The notes under the pieces are model-generated. The model saw only the letters and a program-made list of their open reading frames with translations. It was not told the DNA's origin and searched no databases. A stretch of 64,000 nucleotides of DNA, taken from the NCBI GenBank assembly GCA_963803435.1, contig CAWDML010000006.1:192001-256000 (forward strand), in the 5' to 3' direction. The position numbers and the translations under genes were made by a program. The DNA comes from an uncultured delta proteobacterium. GTDB lineage: Bacteria; Myxococcota; Kuafuiibacteriia; Kuafuiibacteriales; Kuafuiibacteriaceae. Numbering within the stretch: position 1 is the stretch's first letter; every line of letters starts with the position of its first letter. Positions 30,501 to 44,191 of the stretch are shown one piece after another.

Positions 30501-31377
30501 CCGCCGCCAGCTCCACCGGGAGGACGAACTGATCGAACTGCGCGTCCTCGACACGGCGCTCCGAGAACACGAGCGAGCCGTTGACCCATACCTTGATCGG
30601 CACGCTGCTGGTGACCCGAAGCTGATGCGAGCCGCCTTGCGCCACGCGGAAGGTGGACACGGCATAGCCCAGCGCCCAGGTGTCCGGGCTGAAGAGCTGG
30701 CCGAGGTTGTAGTCGGCGCCGAAGGGCGAGCGCGGAGGATCGAGCCGCCAGCCCACCTCGGTGACCGTCCCCGGGTAGCGCGCCGACATGTCGAGCGACC
30801 GCTCGGGCTCGTGCTCGGTATCGAAGCCCTTCCCCTGATCGTTGTCCCAGACCCCGATCAACGCGAAGGGCAGGTGCGTCCCAGCCGACGCCCGCACCGA
30901 GGCGCTCAGCTCGAGCTGTCCCCGCGCGCGCAGGCGGTCGCCGAGCTGATGCGCGGCCAGCGCGCGAACCGCCGGGTTCGGATGATCGCGACGGAGCGTC
31001 TCCAGGAGGCCGTCGACCCGCCGTCGCTGCTCGAGCGTCAGCGGAAGATCGTCGAGGTGCAACAGATGGAGCGCCGCCGCGTCGTTCTGGGGATCGAGGA
31101 GCGCCGCCAGGTAGTGGTCGACCTCGGCGTCGAGGTCCGCATCGAAGCGCGCCAGGCTCGCGGCGAGCTCGTGGTAGATCGCGCTGTCGGGACCCGCCTT
31201 GCGGGCCTCCTCCACCGCCGCCCGCATCGCCGCCGGAGTGCCGGCGTCATAGTAGGCGTCGGCCGCCCGCGCGAGCACCGCCGCATCGGCCGGAGCGGGA
31301 TGCATCGCAGGCGCTGTCAGCTGGAAAGCCGGCGCGCACCCGAAAGCGAGCGGCAGCAGCAGGATCGATCTCCGCAT
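27594..31377 (-). CDS. Lipoprotein with TPR repeats, DUF3857 and transglutaminase-like domains; frame break near 28665
   Basis: Lipobox AFGC; TPR helices; GDCKDKA and FDHAIVYV catalytic motifs. One extra G at GGGATCC joins ORFs 28207-31722 and 27594-28652 (about 1260 aa). Confidence 0.85.
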
Positions 31378-31382
31378 CTTCT

Positions 31383-32417
31383 CTATTCCTCCCGACCGCC
31401 CAACCCCGAGACGCCTTCCGCGATCCGGCCGGCCAAGTCCTGGGCCACGCAACGTTCGGCGACGCGGATCGCATTCCGGATCGCTCGCGGTCCCGAGCGT
31501 CCGTGCGCCTTGATGCACAGCCGATCGAACCCGAGGATCGGCGCTCCGCCATATTGTTGCCAGTCCGTGACCCCTTTGAGCCGCTTGATTCCGCTCGAGA
31601 GGAGCAGCATGGCCAGCCTCCAGGTCACCTTGCTCCGGTAAGCGTAGCGCGCCAGGTTCATCACCGTCTCGTAGATCCCTTCCAGCATCTTCAGCGTGAT
31701 GTTGCCGGTAAACCCGTCGCACACGATGACGTCGGCCTTGCCCGCCGGGATGTCGACGCCCTCGATGTTGCCGATGAACTGGAGGCCCGAGAGCTGCTGC
31801 AGGAACGGGTGCGCGGCGACAATCTCCTCGGTCCCCTTGGTCGGCTCGGTCCCGTTGGAGAGGAGCGCCACGCGCGGGGTGGGGTTCCTGCTCACGATCG
31901 ACGCGTACGCGGCGCCCATCATGCCGAAGGCGGCGAGATCCCGGGGACCGACGCGCAGCGTGGCGCCGGCGTCGAGCAGCAGGCTGAACGGATCCTGCTT
32001 CTCCCCCCGGCGTCGCTCCGTCGGGATCACCGCGGCCAGCGCCGTTCGGCGGACGTCGGGAAGTCGGCCAAAAGCCTGGGCGCAGGCGAGCACGACCGCG
32101 CCCGTGTTGCCGGCGCTGACCAGCGCGTGGGGACCGCTCTCACCTGCGACCAGACGGGCCGCGTACGGCAGCGAGGCGTCGGGCATCTCGTCGAGGGCCG
32201 ACCGCGGCTTGGCGTCCATCGGGATCGCGCGCGGAGCGTGCTCGATCTCGATCCGGGCGGCCGCGTGCGGCACCTGGTCGAGCACCGCGCGGATCCGATC
32301 CCGATCGCCGATCAAGAGGATCGTGCTGTCGGTCGTCGAGGAGGCCTCGGCGGCGCCTCGAACGATCGCGTCCGGCGCTTCGTCGCCCCCCATGGCGTCG
32401 ACCGCGATAGTCACCAT
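31383..32417 (-). CDS. plsX: Phosphate acyltransferase PlsX
   Basis: IAVDAMGGD, VSAGNTGA, FIGNIEG, DGFTGN, YGGAPILG, KAHGRS. Confidence 0.95.
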   Translation of the reverse strand: MVTIAVDAMGGDEAPDAIVRGAAEASSTTDSTILLIGDRDRIRAVLDQVPHAAARIEIEHAPRAIPMDAKPRSALDEMPDASLPYAARLVAGESGPHALVSAGNTGAVVLACAQAFGRLPDVRRTALAAVIPTERRRGEKQDPFSLLLDAGATLRVGPRDLAAFGMMGAAYASIVSRNPTPRVALLSNGTEPTKGTEEIVAAHPFLQQLSGLQFIGNIEGVDIPAGKADVIVCDGFTGNITLKMLEGIYETVMNLARYAYRSKVTWRLAMLLLSSGIKRLKGVTDWQQYGGAPILGFDRLCIKAHGRSGPRAIRNAIRVAERCVAQDLAGRIAEGVSGLGGREE

Positions 32418-32536
32418 GCCGGGGGGCGATGCTATACCCGGTCGATGTACGGTGCGATGCCACCCGTCAGGAATGCACTCGAAACGCCGCGGCGATGGGA
32501 ATGGATCGCCCGGGGCAATGCTATATCCAGACGAGG

Positions 32537-33943
32537 GTGAGCGAGAGGCGACAATCTCGACTCTGGAGCCTTCGCACCAAGGTCGGCGTGCTGGCGGCGA
32601 TCTTCCTCATGATCGGCTCCGGCGGTGCGGGGACGGTGGCGTACCGCCAGATGACGGAGCTGACCCACGACGCGGGCCTCGAGCACGCACGCGCGGTCCT
32701 GGACGCGCTCGCGATCCCCGCAGCCGTCGCGATCGCGACGCGCGACTACACGAAGCTCGACAACTTCGTCGCCGAGCTGGGCCACCAGCGTTCGAAGGAC
32801 ATCCTCCTCTTGGTCGTCGTCGACCGCGAAGGCCGGCTGATGGCGACCAGCGGAACCGGGATGGTGGGGAAGGAGATCACGAGCTTCGAGCCCGAGTTCA
32901 TCGACTCCGCGCTGCGCTCCCACGACGTCTGGTTCGAGTTCGGGCCGGATCGGTATCAGCCCGAGTGGCTGGAGATGGCCAAGCCGGTCGAGCAAGGTCA
33001 ACGATGGGGCACGCTGATGGCGCGCTTCTCGCTGGAACGCTACTCGACGCGGCTCGGGATGATGGCCGACTCGGCGATCGGCCTCACCGTGGTGGCCGCG
33101 CTGATCGGGTGGGTGCTGGCCATCCTGGCGCTGAGCCGGATGGTGCTGGGACCGACGCGCGAGCTGGCCGACATGGCGACGCGGATCGGCGAGGGCCAGC
33201 TGGGCGTCCGCTCGCTCCTCGGTGATCGGCAGGACGAGATCGGTGAGCTGAGCCAGGCGCTCAACCTGATGGCCGCCAAGCTGACCGTCTATACCACCGG
33301 ACTCGAGGACGCCGTCCGCGAGCGGACGCACGCCCTGGAAAAGGCCAACCGCGAGCTCGAGGAGCTCGCCACCACCGACGGCCTCACCGGGCTCCGCAAC
33401 TTCCGGTTCTTCCGCAGCACGCTCGAGTTCGAGCTGCGCCGCGGCCAGCGGCACCCGCATAAGCTGGCGCTCTGCATGATCGACATCGATCATTTCAAGC
33501 TGTTCAACGACGCTCACGGTCACCAGGCCGGCGACGACGTCCTCCGCCGCGTCGGCCAGCTCCTGCAACACAACCTGCGCGCGACCGACGTCGTCTCGCG
33601 CTACGGCGGCGAGGAGTTCACGATCATCCTGCTCGACACCTCCGCGGAGGAGGCGTTCGCCACCGCGCGGAAGGTCGCCGAGATCATCCGCCGCGAGCCC
33701 TTCGAGGGTGAGGAGAGCTCCCAGCCCGGCGGGCGGCTCACGATCAGCATCGGGATCGCCGCCTTCCCGGATGACGCCGCGGATCCGAACACGCTGGTCC
33801 GGTGTGCCGACCTCGCGCTCTACGAGGCCAAGCGCAGCGGTCGGGACTGCGTCGTCCGCTACGCCATCGACATTCCCCAGCACACCGGGGTCACCAGCGA
33901 CGTCTCCGCCGCCTCGCCGCCGCTCGGACCGGAGGACGCGTGA
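32537..33943 (+). CDS. Membrane diguanylate cyclase (periplasmic sensor, HAMP, GGDEF)
   Basis: Two TM segments; DEIGEL (HAMP); DGLTGL, DIDHFK..ND, RATD I-site, RYGGEEF. Confidence 0.92.
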   Translation: MSERRQSRLWSLRTKVGVLAAIFLMIGSGGAGTVAYRQMTELTHDAGLEHARAVLDALAIPAAVAIATRDYTKLDNFVAELGHQRSKDILLLVVVDREGRLMATSGTGMVGKEITSFEPEFIDSALRSHDVWFEFGPDRYQPEWLEMAKPVEQGQRWGTLMARFSLERYSTRLGMMADSAIGLTVVAALIGWVLAILALSRMVLGPTRELADMATRIGEGQLGVRSLLGDRQDEIGELSQALNLMAAKLTVYTTGLEDAVRERTHALEKANRELEELATTDGLTGLRNFRFFRSTLEFELRRGQRHPHKLALCMIDIDHFKLFNDAHGHQAGDDVLRRVGQLLQHNLRATDVVSRYGGEEFTIILLDTSAEEAFATARKVAEIIRREPFEGEESSQPGGRLTISIGIAAFPDDAADPNTLVRCADLALYEAKRSGRDCVVRYAIDIPQHTGVTSDVSAASPPLGPEDA

Positions 33944-34864
33944 GAGCGCTGGCTGCGCTCCTCCTCTCGGTGACCGCGTGCCGGGTCGCCGCCCCCGAAC
34001 CGCCGCCGATCGTCGACGTCGAGCCCCCGACCGCCCCGGATACCACCGCGCTCACCGGCGTCCCCAACCCGCTGGTCCTCGGCCTGGTCCCGGTCTTCGC
34101 GCCCGATCAGATGGTCAAGCAGTTCTCGCCGCTCGGCTCCTATCTGGGACGCGAGCTCGACACCACCGTCGAGCTCCGCCTCGCCGAGTCGTACGACGAG
34201 ATCATCGAGATGGTGCAGCAGCGCCAGGTCGACCTCGCCCAGCTCTCCCCGTTCGTCTACGTGACCGCCAAGGAGCGCGCCCCCGAGATCCAGCTGATCG
34301 CGACCAACATCGCCGAGGGCTCGTCGACGTACTCGGGATACATCGTGGCCCGCGCGGATCTGAACATCGACAGCGTCGGCAATCTCAAGGGCCTGCGCTT
34401 CGGCTTCGTCGACGAGCACAGCGCCTCCGGATATCTCTATCCCACCGCGTTCCTCATGGCCGGCGGGCTCATGCCGATGCGCGACTTCCGCGAGGTCGTC
34501 TACACCGGCCGCCACGACGCGCTGATGAACCACCTGCTCGCCGGGCACATCGACGCCGGCGCCACCTTCTCGGGCGCGCTCATCGACGCCGAGGACCGGG
34601 GCCTCGACCTGGAGCAGATCCGAGATCGTCGCCAAGACCGGGCGCATCCCCTACGACGCCTGGGTGGTCCGCGGCGACCTGGATCCCTCCGTGGTGGCCA
34701 AGCTGAAGTCGAGCCTGATGGCGCTGAGCACGCGCGATCGGATGGGCCGCCGCATCCTCCAGCCGCTTCGCTCCATCAACGCGTTCGCGCCCATCACGGA
34801 CGCGCACTACAATCAGGTCCGGCAGGTCAAGCAGGCCACTGACAACATCAGCGGCCGTCGCTGA
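33940..34864 (+). CDS. PhnD-like phosphate/phosphonate-binding lipoprotein; frame break near 34621
   Basis: Lipobox VTAC; VDLAQLSPFVY, YSGYIVAR, SASGYLYP. Removing the extra C after GATC joins it to ORF 34664-34864. Confidence 0.82.
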
Positions 34865-34896
34865 GCGCGCCGGGCGCTGTCGCTCCCGCTCCATCC

Positions 34897-35794
34897 ATGG
34901 CACGACGGTCCGTGCTCCCCGCCTACCTCGCCCTGGTCCTGGTCCAGGTCTTCTTCGGCCTGTGGCCGACCGCGGGGGCGAAGGCACTCCACACGATGTC
35001 GCCCGAGGCGCTCGTCGGCTGGCGCACCCTCGTGGGTGCCCCGAATCCTCTTCGGTCTCTTCGGTCTCCCGCGGCGCCGCCCGCCCGTGCGCGATCTGGC
35101 CTGGCTCGCGGTCCTGGCCGTCTTCGGCATCTCCGCCAACCAGCTCCTGTTCGTCCAGGGCCTCCTCCGCGCCGGCCCGATCAACGCCGTCGTCCTCGTG
35201 GTGATCATCCCGGTCGTGTCCCTCCTGGTGGCGACGCTCCTCGGTCGCGAGCGCCCCTCCCTCCGCCGCGCGCTGGGCCTGGCGGTGACGCTCGCCGGCG
35301 TGCTGATCCTGGTTCGCGCCGAGCGCTTCGATCTCTCGGACCGCAAGCTGATCGGCAACCTTCTCCTCCTCGCCAACACCACCTGCTACGCGATCTACCT
35401 GGTCCTCGCGAAGCCGATCGTCAGCCGCCTCGGCCCCCTCCCGTCGATCGGCTGGCTCTTCCTCTTCGGCGCGCTCGAGGCCGCGCCCTGGACTGTCCCC
35501 GCGGTCGCGTCTACACCCTGGGCCACGCTCGACGCTGGCGTCTGGCTCGCGCTCGCCTTCGTCCTGATCGGCCCCACGATCGGCGCCTACTTCCTCAACG
35601 CCTACGCGCTGACCCGCGTCGACAGCTCCGTCGTGGCCCTCTTCACCGGCCTCCAGCCGATGCTGGGCGCCCTCGCTTCCTGGTGGCTGCTCGGCGAGAT
35701 CGTCTCGCTGCGCGCCGCGATCGCGGGCGTGGTGATCGTGGCCGGCGTGGTGATCGCGACGGTGCCGAGATGGTCGGTCCATCCAACCCGCTGA
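34897..35794 (+). CDS. DMT/EamA-family transporter; frame break near 35044
   Basis: About 10 TM helices; GISANQLLF, LLGRERPS, LQPMLG...LLGE. Correcting GAATC to GATC joins the two ORFs. Confidence 0.85.
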
Positions 35795-36415
35795 TCACAA
35801 CAGGTGCGGATCGGCGCCCAGCCCGACCGCGATCCCGAACGCGTAGTCGATCGGCTCGCCGCGCGCCGGGTCGATCGTCGTCGAGAACTCCGGGTGGAGC
35901 CTGACGTGGGATCCCAGCCGGAGCTCCACCCCGAGGCCGGTGCGGACGATCGGCCCCGCCGTGTGTCCCGCCGGGCTGTACGCGATCCCCGGGCCGGCGA
36001 ACGGCACCACCGTCACCGGGCCGAGGTTCACGTCGAGGACCACCGGGAGGTCGGCGCCAAGCACGATCGAGTGGTCGTCGCCGTCGACGTCGTGCGGAAC
36101 CCACCCGAGCCAGAGGCCTGGCGAGATCGCGGCGTCGAAGTACTCGGTCCGGATCGGGTTGTACTTTCCCATCAGCCGCAGGTGGCCGGGCGCGCCCGCG
36201 AGGACGCCGAGCTCGAAGTCCTTGGCCGCACCGACGTGGAGCGCGTAGCTCGGCATCGGCACCGGCCGAGGATCGCGCCCCGGCTGGATGTACGAGCTCA
36301 GCGAGATGCTGTGGCTGATGTCCCCCGGTGCGAGCGTCCGCGCCGTCTCGAACGTGTTCATCGAGAGACACCCTCCGGTGAGCAGCAGCAGCGGAGTGAG
36401 AGCACGCGCGTTCAT
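35795..36415 (-). CDS. Hypothetical lipoprotein / outer-membrane beta-strand-rich protein
   Basis: MNARALTPLLLLTGGC lipobox-like; ETARTLAPG; amphipathic strands ending YAFGIAVGLG. Confidence 0.65.
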   Translation of the reverse strand: MNARALTPLLLLTGGCLSMNTFETARTLAPGDISHSISLSSYIQPGRDPRPVPMPSYALHVGAAKDFELGVLAGAPGHLRLMGKYNPIRTEYFDAAISPGLWLGWVPHDVDGDDHSIVLGADLPVVLDVNLGPVTVVPFAGPGIAYSPAGHTAGPIVRTGLGVELRLGSHVRLHPEFSTTIDPARGEPIDYAFGIAVGLGADPHLL

Positions 36416-38068
36416 CGGCGCCGCACCCATCCGATCAGGAGGAGCGCCAGCAGCCCGAGCGCGCCCGAGCCGCCGCCGGACGCGCCGGTGGTCGAGCAAC
36501 CGCAACCCCCAACCTTGCTGTTGTGCTTGTCGAGCAGCTGCCCGATCAGCTTCGAGTTGTCCTGGATCAGCCGGCCCTCGTTGAGCTGCTCGATCTTGAC
36601 GGCCGACGGCATCGAGTCGAGCACGCTGCGGTCGCCCTGACCGTTCTTCCCCAGCTGGACGGTCTGCCCGGTCTCCTCGATCTCGAGCCGGACGTTCGCG
36701 TTCTCGGCCCGCCCGCCCACGCCGCAGTCGAAGACGGCGGTGGCGCGGTGAACGCGGTCGACGTCGGGGAGCTTGGGATCGAACACGAAGGTGGGATCGA
36801 TCGTCATCTCGTCGGGAGAGATCAGCGTGAAGAGGCGGGTGACGTAGCGATACTGATCGAAGATCTCCTGCATCGCCCGCTCGCGCTCGACGATCCGATC
36901 CCAGATCTCCTGCGTCGCCTCGGCCGGATCGAACGGATCGTTGGGGAACGTGCCGTTGAAGGCCTGCGGATTCGCCTTGAACGCCTCCTTGGTGGTACCG
37001 GCGGCGACGAACACCGAGTCGGGGAGGTGGCGCGTCAGGATGCCGACGATCTCACGGTGCTGGAGGAGCCCCTGCTGGGCGAGCAGCGTCACGAACTGGT
37101 TGACGGTGGTCGTCGCCTCGATGGCCGCCCGGTCGTACTGGTGCCGGTGTAGAAGGCGCCGCGGAAATCTGCGCGTCGCCTGCGAACTCCGTGGTGAAGG
37201 CGTTGCCCGAGCCCTCGTCAGCCGCCTCGGCGACGACCTGCCGATAGTTGGCGCCGCCGGAGAGCCAGTCGATCTTCGCGAGGTTGAGCGTGACGTGGTT
37301 GTAGTTCTCCGGGATGGCCCGGCCCTCGTTCGAGAGCACCACAGTGCTGATCTGCATGTCCTCGAGCGCGGCGATCGCGGTGAGCCGGATCGGCACGCAG
37401 ACCTCGTCGCCGGCCATGGTGATGACCACCGGCTCGAGGTCGCCCACGTCGTTGCTCTTGCGCAGCTTGAGCGCCAGCAACGTGTCACCGTTCGCGAGAT
37501 ACGGCGTGACCGAGTCCATCATCTCGTCGCTGACGAAGTAGCCATTGTCGGTGAGCCAGGTGCGGATGTCCTGCGGGTCGCTCGACTGGATGACCGCCGA
37601 GTCATAGGGACCCACCTCCTGCTGATCGATCACGCGGACGCTGCTCTCCGGCTCCGCGACACTGCTGAGCACGTCCTCCTCACGTCCGGGAAAGGCCACC
37701 TCCTCGTTCGTGCAGATGCCCTCGTCCCGCCGGGAGACGAAGAACTGGGGCTGGGTCATCGCGAGGACGTTCGAAAAGCTCAACGCCGGGACCACATCCA
37801 CGTCGAGGGGCGCGGATTGGAGCGGCAACACCCAGGCGAACTCGCTCGCCGTGCCCTGATAGTCGATGCTGATGATCGCCTGCACCCTCCCGTGCTCGCG
37901 ATCCACGCCGAACACGATCCCCTCGCCCGTTTGCGCGATCGGGAAGGTGACCGCGCCCTGCGAGTCGCAGAAGAGGCCCCCACACGCGTCGGCGCGTTGA
38001 GCGCCCGCCAGCAGCCCGACGGACAGCGAGAGCCCTGCAATCCAACGTCCATTGATCCGAGTGTGCAT
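36412..38068 (-). CDS. DUF2330-domain secreted protein with MYXO-CTERM sorting signal; frame break near 37145-37168
   Basis: ADACGGLFC, FAWVLPL, VGPYD, WLTDNGY, PIRLTAIAA, YVTRLFTLISPDEMTIDPTF; tail GGCGCSTTG...GLLALLLIGWVRRR. Confidence 0.85.
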
Positions 38069-38207
38069 GCGCGCACGCAAAGCAGTGGGCGGGCCAACGT
38101 CCCGGTCGGCCTGGATTCGGCAAAGATTTCACCGGTCTCGCGATCGGCGTCGAGGGACGCGCCCGATCCATCTCGGACATTCGCGTCAGGGCCTCTAAGA
38201 TTCCCGG

Positions 38208-38573
38208 GTGACCGACGCGAGGCGTCGACTGGCCGACAATCCGTTCTACGTCCTCGGCCTCCGGCCCGACGCCGGCGCGGTCGAGGTGGAGCGCGAGGCG
38301 CAGAAGGTCCTCGGCATGCTCTCGCTCGACCTCGCTGACGCCAAGAGCTACCGGAGCCCGCTCGGCGAGCACACGCGCGACGCGGACAAGGTGCGCCGGG
38401 CCGTAGCCGAGCTCCGCGATCCGGCGCGCCGGCTGGTGCACGAGCTGTGGGCGCAGCTGCCGTCTGACGCCGTGGTGGAGCTCGACGATCCCGAGGCCTT
38501 CACGGAGGATCGCCGCGAGCTGGCCGCGCCATGGTCCGACGCCATGGCCATCCTCGGCTGGAGCGACGCGTGA
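38208..38573 (+). CDS. J-domain-like protein lacking HPD
   Basis: NPFYVLGL..DA...EV...AQK and AVAELRDPARR resemble J-domain helices; no HPD motif. Confidence 0.6.
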   Translation: MTDARRRLADNPFYVLGLRPDAGAVEVEREAQKVLGMLSLDLADAKSYRSPLGEHTRDADKVRRAVAELRDPARRLVHELWAQLPSDAVVELDDPEAFTEDRRELAAPWSDAMAILGWSDA

Positions 38574-39925
38574 CCCTCACCATCAATCCGTCCGCCCTCG
38601 GGCTCGTGGCCGCCTGGCCGGTGGGCGTCGCGCTGTTGCTCGTGATCTTCCCCTGGCCGATCGTCCGTTACCTCCTCATCCCCCTCGGCCTTCCTCGCCT
38701 CGCGTTCGTGGTCACGCACTTCGCCCTCCTCACCTGGGCCGGGCGGCCCCGCGGCGGTGCGCTCGTCGCCGCGGCCTGGGCCGCGCTCCGCTCGAAGCGC
38801 GATCATCGCGAGCTGCTCGACATGCTCGAGGGGCTGCTTGCGAACCGCCGCCTCGGGATCGCTGAGGTCACCGCTTACGGTCTGATCGCCGCCAAGCGCG
38901 GACACCTCGACGACGCTCGAACCCTCATCGGTGCGGCCGACGACTTCGCGCGGAACCACCCGCCCACGCTCGCGCGGGCCCTGGCGGCCGAATGGACCAC
39001 CGCCGAGGCCGCCGCACGCGGGGACTGGGAGCGGGTCGCGCGCGTCGCCCGCAGCTCCGACCCGTTGGCCCGCACCCGCATCACGCGCCTCCTCGGTGAC
39101 GTCGCCGCCCGGCTGACCGGCGTGGAGGACGTCCCGGCCCGGCGGCTCTGGCTCCGCTGGGCGATCGCGCCGCGCCGGCTCTGGACACGCCCGCTGGTCC
39201 AGCGCGCCCTCAAGCAGGCGCCCGGATCCGCGTCCAAGGTCGTTCGTGCCGAGCCCGTGGTGCTCCCTGCCGCCGGCGATCCGCTCGCGCACGCCATGAC
39301 CCTCCACGTGGCCCTGCTACGCCGTCCCGTCGAGGCCCTCCTGAGCGAGGACCTCTTCCGCCTGGCGCGCGCCTGGGATGCCGCCTTCGCCGATCCCGCC
39401 CTCGCGGGTCGCACCGCCGAGCGCGCGCGCGAGCTCAACACGACCGCGACCGCGCGCCCGCTCGCCCAGCTCGCCGAGGACGTCCAGTCCGATCTGGTGA
39501 TGCTGGCGCAGACCGCGGAGATCCCGCTGATCGATCGCGAGCCCGGCCCGACGCTCAACGCCGCCAAGAAGAGGCTCCGGGATGCCTCGCTCTCCGAGCT
39601 CGAGCTCGCCGCCACCGCGCTGGACCAGCGCATTCACCAGAAGAAGAAGCTCCCCGCGGTCGACGAGTGGCGCGAATGGCTCGCGCTTCGACACCGCGCC
39701 GAGCTCGCCTTCCGCCTCGGCGGCCCCAAGCTCCACCGCCTGGCGTTCTCGGCGCTTCACTCCCCGGTCTGCTCGCTGGCGGTGTGGCTCTTCAATGAGC
39801 GTCGCGAACGCTACGCGGCCCACTCGATCTTCCGCTGGCTGTTGCAGCACGCCGAGGCCGTCGACGACGTCGACTCGATCCGCCTCCAGCAAGGAAACGT
39901 GACCGCCTCCTCCGGCAAGCTCTGA
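38570..39925 (+). CDS. Hypothetical membrane-anchored helical-repeat protein
   Basis: GTGA overlap with the upstream gene; N-terminal TM helices, then an Ala/Arg/Leu-rich helical region. Confidence 0.7.
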   Translation: MTLTINPSALGLVAAWPVGVALLLVIFPWPIVRYLLIPLGLPRLAFVVTHFALLTWAGRPRGGALVAAAWAALRSKRDHRELLDMLEGLLANRRLGIAEVTAYGLIAAKRGHLDDARTLIGAADDFARNHPPTLARALAAEWTTAEAAARGDWERVARVARSSDPLARTRITRLLGDVAARLTGVEDVPARRLWLRWAIAPRRLWTRPLVQRALKQAPGSASKVVRAEPVVLPAAGDPLAHAMTLHVALLRRPVEALLSEDLFRLARAWDAAFADPALAGRTAERARELNTTATARPLAQLAEDVQSDLVMLAQTAEIPLIDREPGPTLNAAKKRLRDASLSELELAATALDQRIHQKKKLPAVDEWREWLALRHRAELAFRLGGPKLHRLAFSALHSPVCSLAVWLFNERRERYAAHSIFRWLLQHAEAVDDVDSIRLQQGNVTASSGKL

Positions 39926-39928
39926 TCG

Positions 39929-41320
39929 TCACGCCTCCTTGAGCGCGGTGTTCAGCTCGATCAGCGCCTTCTTCCCGTCGCCGAACAGCATCAGACAGTT
40001 GTCCGCCGCGAACAGCGGGTTCGGGATCCCGGCGAAGCCCGGCGAGAGGCTGCGCTTGACCACCACCACGGTGCGCGCCTTGTCGACGTCGAGGATCGGC
40101 ATCCCGGCGATCGGGCTCTTCGGGTCGGTCCGCGCTACCGGATTCACGACGTCGTTGGCGCCCACCACCAGGACCACGTCGACCGTCCCGAACGTCGGGT
40201 TGATGACGTCCATCTCCTTGAGCGACTCGTAGGGAATGTCGGCCTCGGCCAGGAGCACGTTCATGTGGCCCGGCATCCGTCCTGCGACCGGATGGATCCC
40301 GAACTCGACCTCGACGCCGCGCTCCTCCAGCAGGCTCGTCAGATCGCGCACCTGATGCTGGGCCTGGGCGACCGCCAGGCCGTACCCCGGGACGATGACG
40401 ACGCGCTGGGCGCCGTCGAACAACATCGCCACCTCCTCCGGCGAGGTGGCCTTGACCTTGCCCGCATAGACGTCGTCCGCCGACGGGCCTCCGGCCGAGG
40501 CCTCCATCTTCCCGAAGAGGACGTTCGTCAGCGATCGGTTCATCGCCTTGCACATGATCTGCGTGAGGATGATCCCTGAGGCGCCGACGAGCGAGCCTGC
40601 GATGATCAGGACGTTGTTCTGGAGGACGAAGCCGGTGGCGGAGGCCGCGATCCCCGAGTAGCTGTTGAGCAGCGCGATCACCACCGGCATGTCCGCACCG
40701 CCGATCGAGACCACCAGGAACACGCCCAGCACCGAGGCGACACCGAGGAGGATCCAGTACGCCTCCACGGCGCTGGGCTCCATCGTGATCCAAGCGCCCA
40801 ACCCGACCGAGGCCACCGCCAGCAGCGCGTTCACGAACTGCTGTCCGGAGAAGCCGGTCATCTTGTTGATGAGCTTGATCTCCTGGAGCTTGGCGAACGC
40901 GATGAAGCTGCCCGTGAACGTCACGGCGCCCACGATGCCCGAGGCGGCGGTCGCCACCAGGAACTGGGAGGTGGCGATGGCGGGCGTCTCCTGCGCTTGA
41001 AGCAGCGCCGTGCCGGCCACCAGCGCCGACGCTGCGCCGCCGAAGCCGTTGAGGAGCGCCACCAGCTGCGGCATGGCGGTCATCTCGATCTTGATCGCCA
41101 TGATCATGCCGATCCCGGAGCCGACGACGAGACCGCCGAGGATCAGCTTGTAGTCGATGATCTGCTGATCGAGGAGCGTCACCACGACCGCGATCAACAT
41201 ACCGATCGCACCGATGAAGTTGCCGCGCACCGCGGTGCGCGGATGCGTCAGGCCCTTGAGCCCCAGGATGAAGAGGATCGAGGCCACCAGATAGGCGAAG
41301 TTGATGATGGTGAGCCGCAT
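39929..41320 (-). CDS. pntB: NAD(P) transhydrogenase subunit beta
   Basis: MTAMPQLVA, IGGADMPVVI, KAMNRS, IVPGYG, HPVAGRMPGHMNVLLAEA, GANDVVNP. Confidence 0.97.
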   Translation of the reverse strand: MRLTIINFAYLVASILFILGLKGLTHPRTAVRGNFIGAIGMLIAVVVTLLDQQIIDYKLILGGLVVGSGIGMIMAIKIEMTAMPQLVALLNGFGGAASALVAGTALLQAQETPAIATSQFLVATAASGIVGAVTFTGSFIAFAKLQEIKLINKMTGFSGQQFVNALLAVASVGLGAWITMEPSAVEAYWILLGVASVLGVFLVVSIGGADMPVVIALLNSYSGIAASATGFVLQNNVLIIAGSLVGASGIILTQIMCKAMNRSLTNVLFGKMEASAGGPSADDVYAGKVKATSPEEVAMLFDGAQRVVIVPGYGLAVAQAQHQVRDLTSLLEERGVEVEFGIHPVAGRMPGHMNVLLAEADIPYESLKEMDVINPTFGTVDVVLVVGANDVVNPVARTDPKSPIAGMPILDVDKARTVVVVKRSLSPGFAGIPNPLFAADNCLMLFGDGKKALIELNTALKEA

Positions 41321-41321
41321 G

Positions 41322-41606
41322 TCAGCTCTTCTTCCTGGCGAACATCCCGAGCATCCGGTGCGTCACCCAGAAGCCTCCGACGACGTTGATGGTCGCGAAC
41401 ACCACCGCGACGAACCCGAGCCACGAGGCGAGCTGGCTCTCCTTCGCGCCGGCGGCCAGCAGCGCGCCCGCCACCGTGATCCCGGAGATCGCGTTCGATC
41501 CCGACATCAACGGCGTGTGGAGCGTGGGCGGGACCTTCGTGATGATTTCGAAGCCGACGAACACCGCGAGCACGAACACGGTGAGGGCGGCGACCAGCGC
41601 TTCCAT
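41322..41606 (-). CDS. pntA: NAD(P) transhydrogenase alpha subunit, membrane part (alpha2)
   Basis: KVPPTLHTPLMSGSNAISG, INVVGGFWVTHRMLGMF; GGAGG-like RBS before ATG 41606. Confidence 0.93.
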   Translation of the reverse strand: MEALVAALTVFVLAVFVGFEIITKVPPTLHTPLMSGSNAISGITVAGALLAAGAKESQLASWLGFVAVVFATINVVGGFWVTHRMLGMFARKKS

Positions 41607-41717
41607 CAGCTCTTCCCTCCGGAATGCCTGCGACCGCTGGAACTCCAACGATCACGGGTAGCTGGGCGTCTAGCCCACGGGGTGAGGCCTGTCCACCCTC
41701 AATCCGCGCCTGCAGGG

Positions 41718-44165
<2,448 letters not shown>

Positions 44166-44191
44166 GGGGGCGGAGCATACACCCGCACCGG

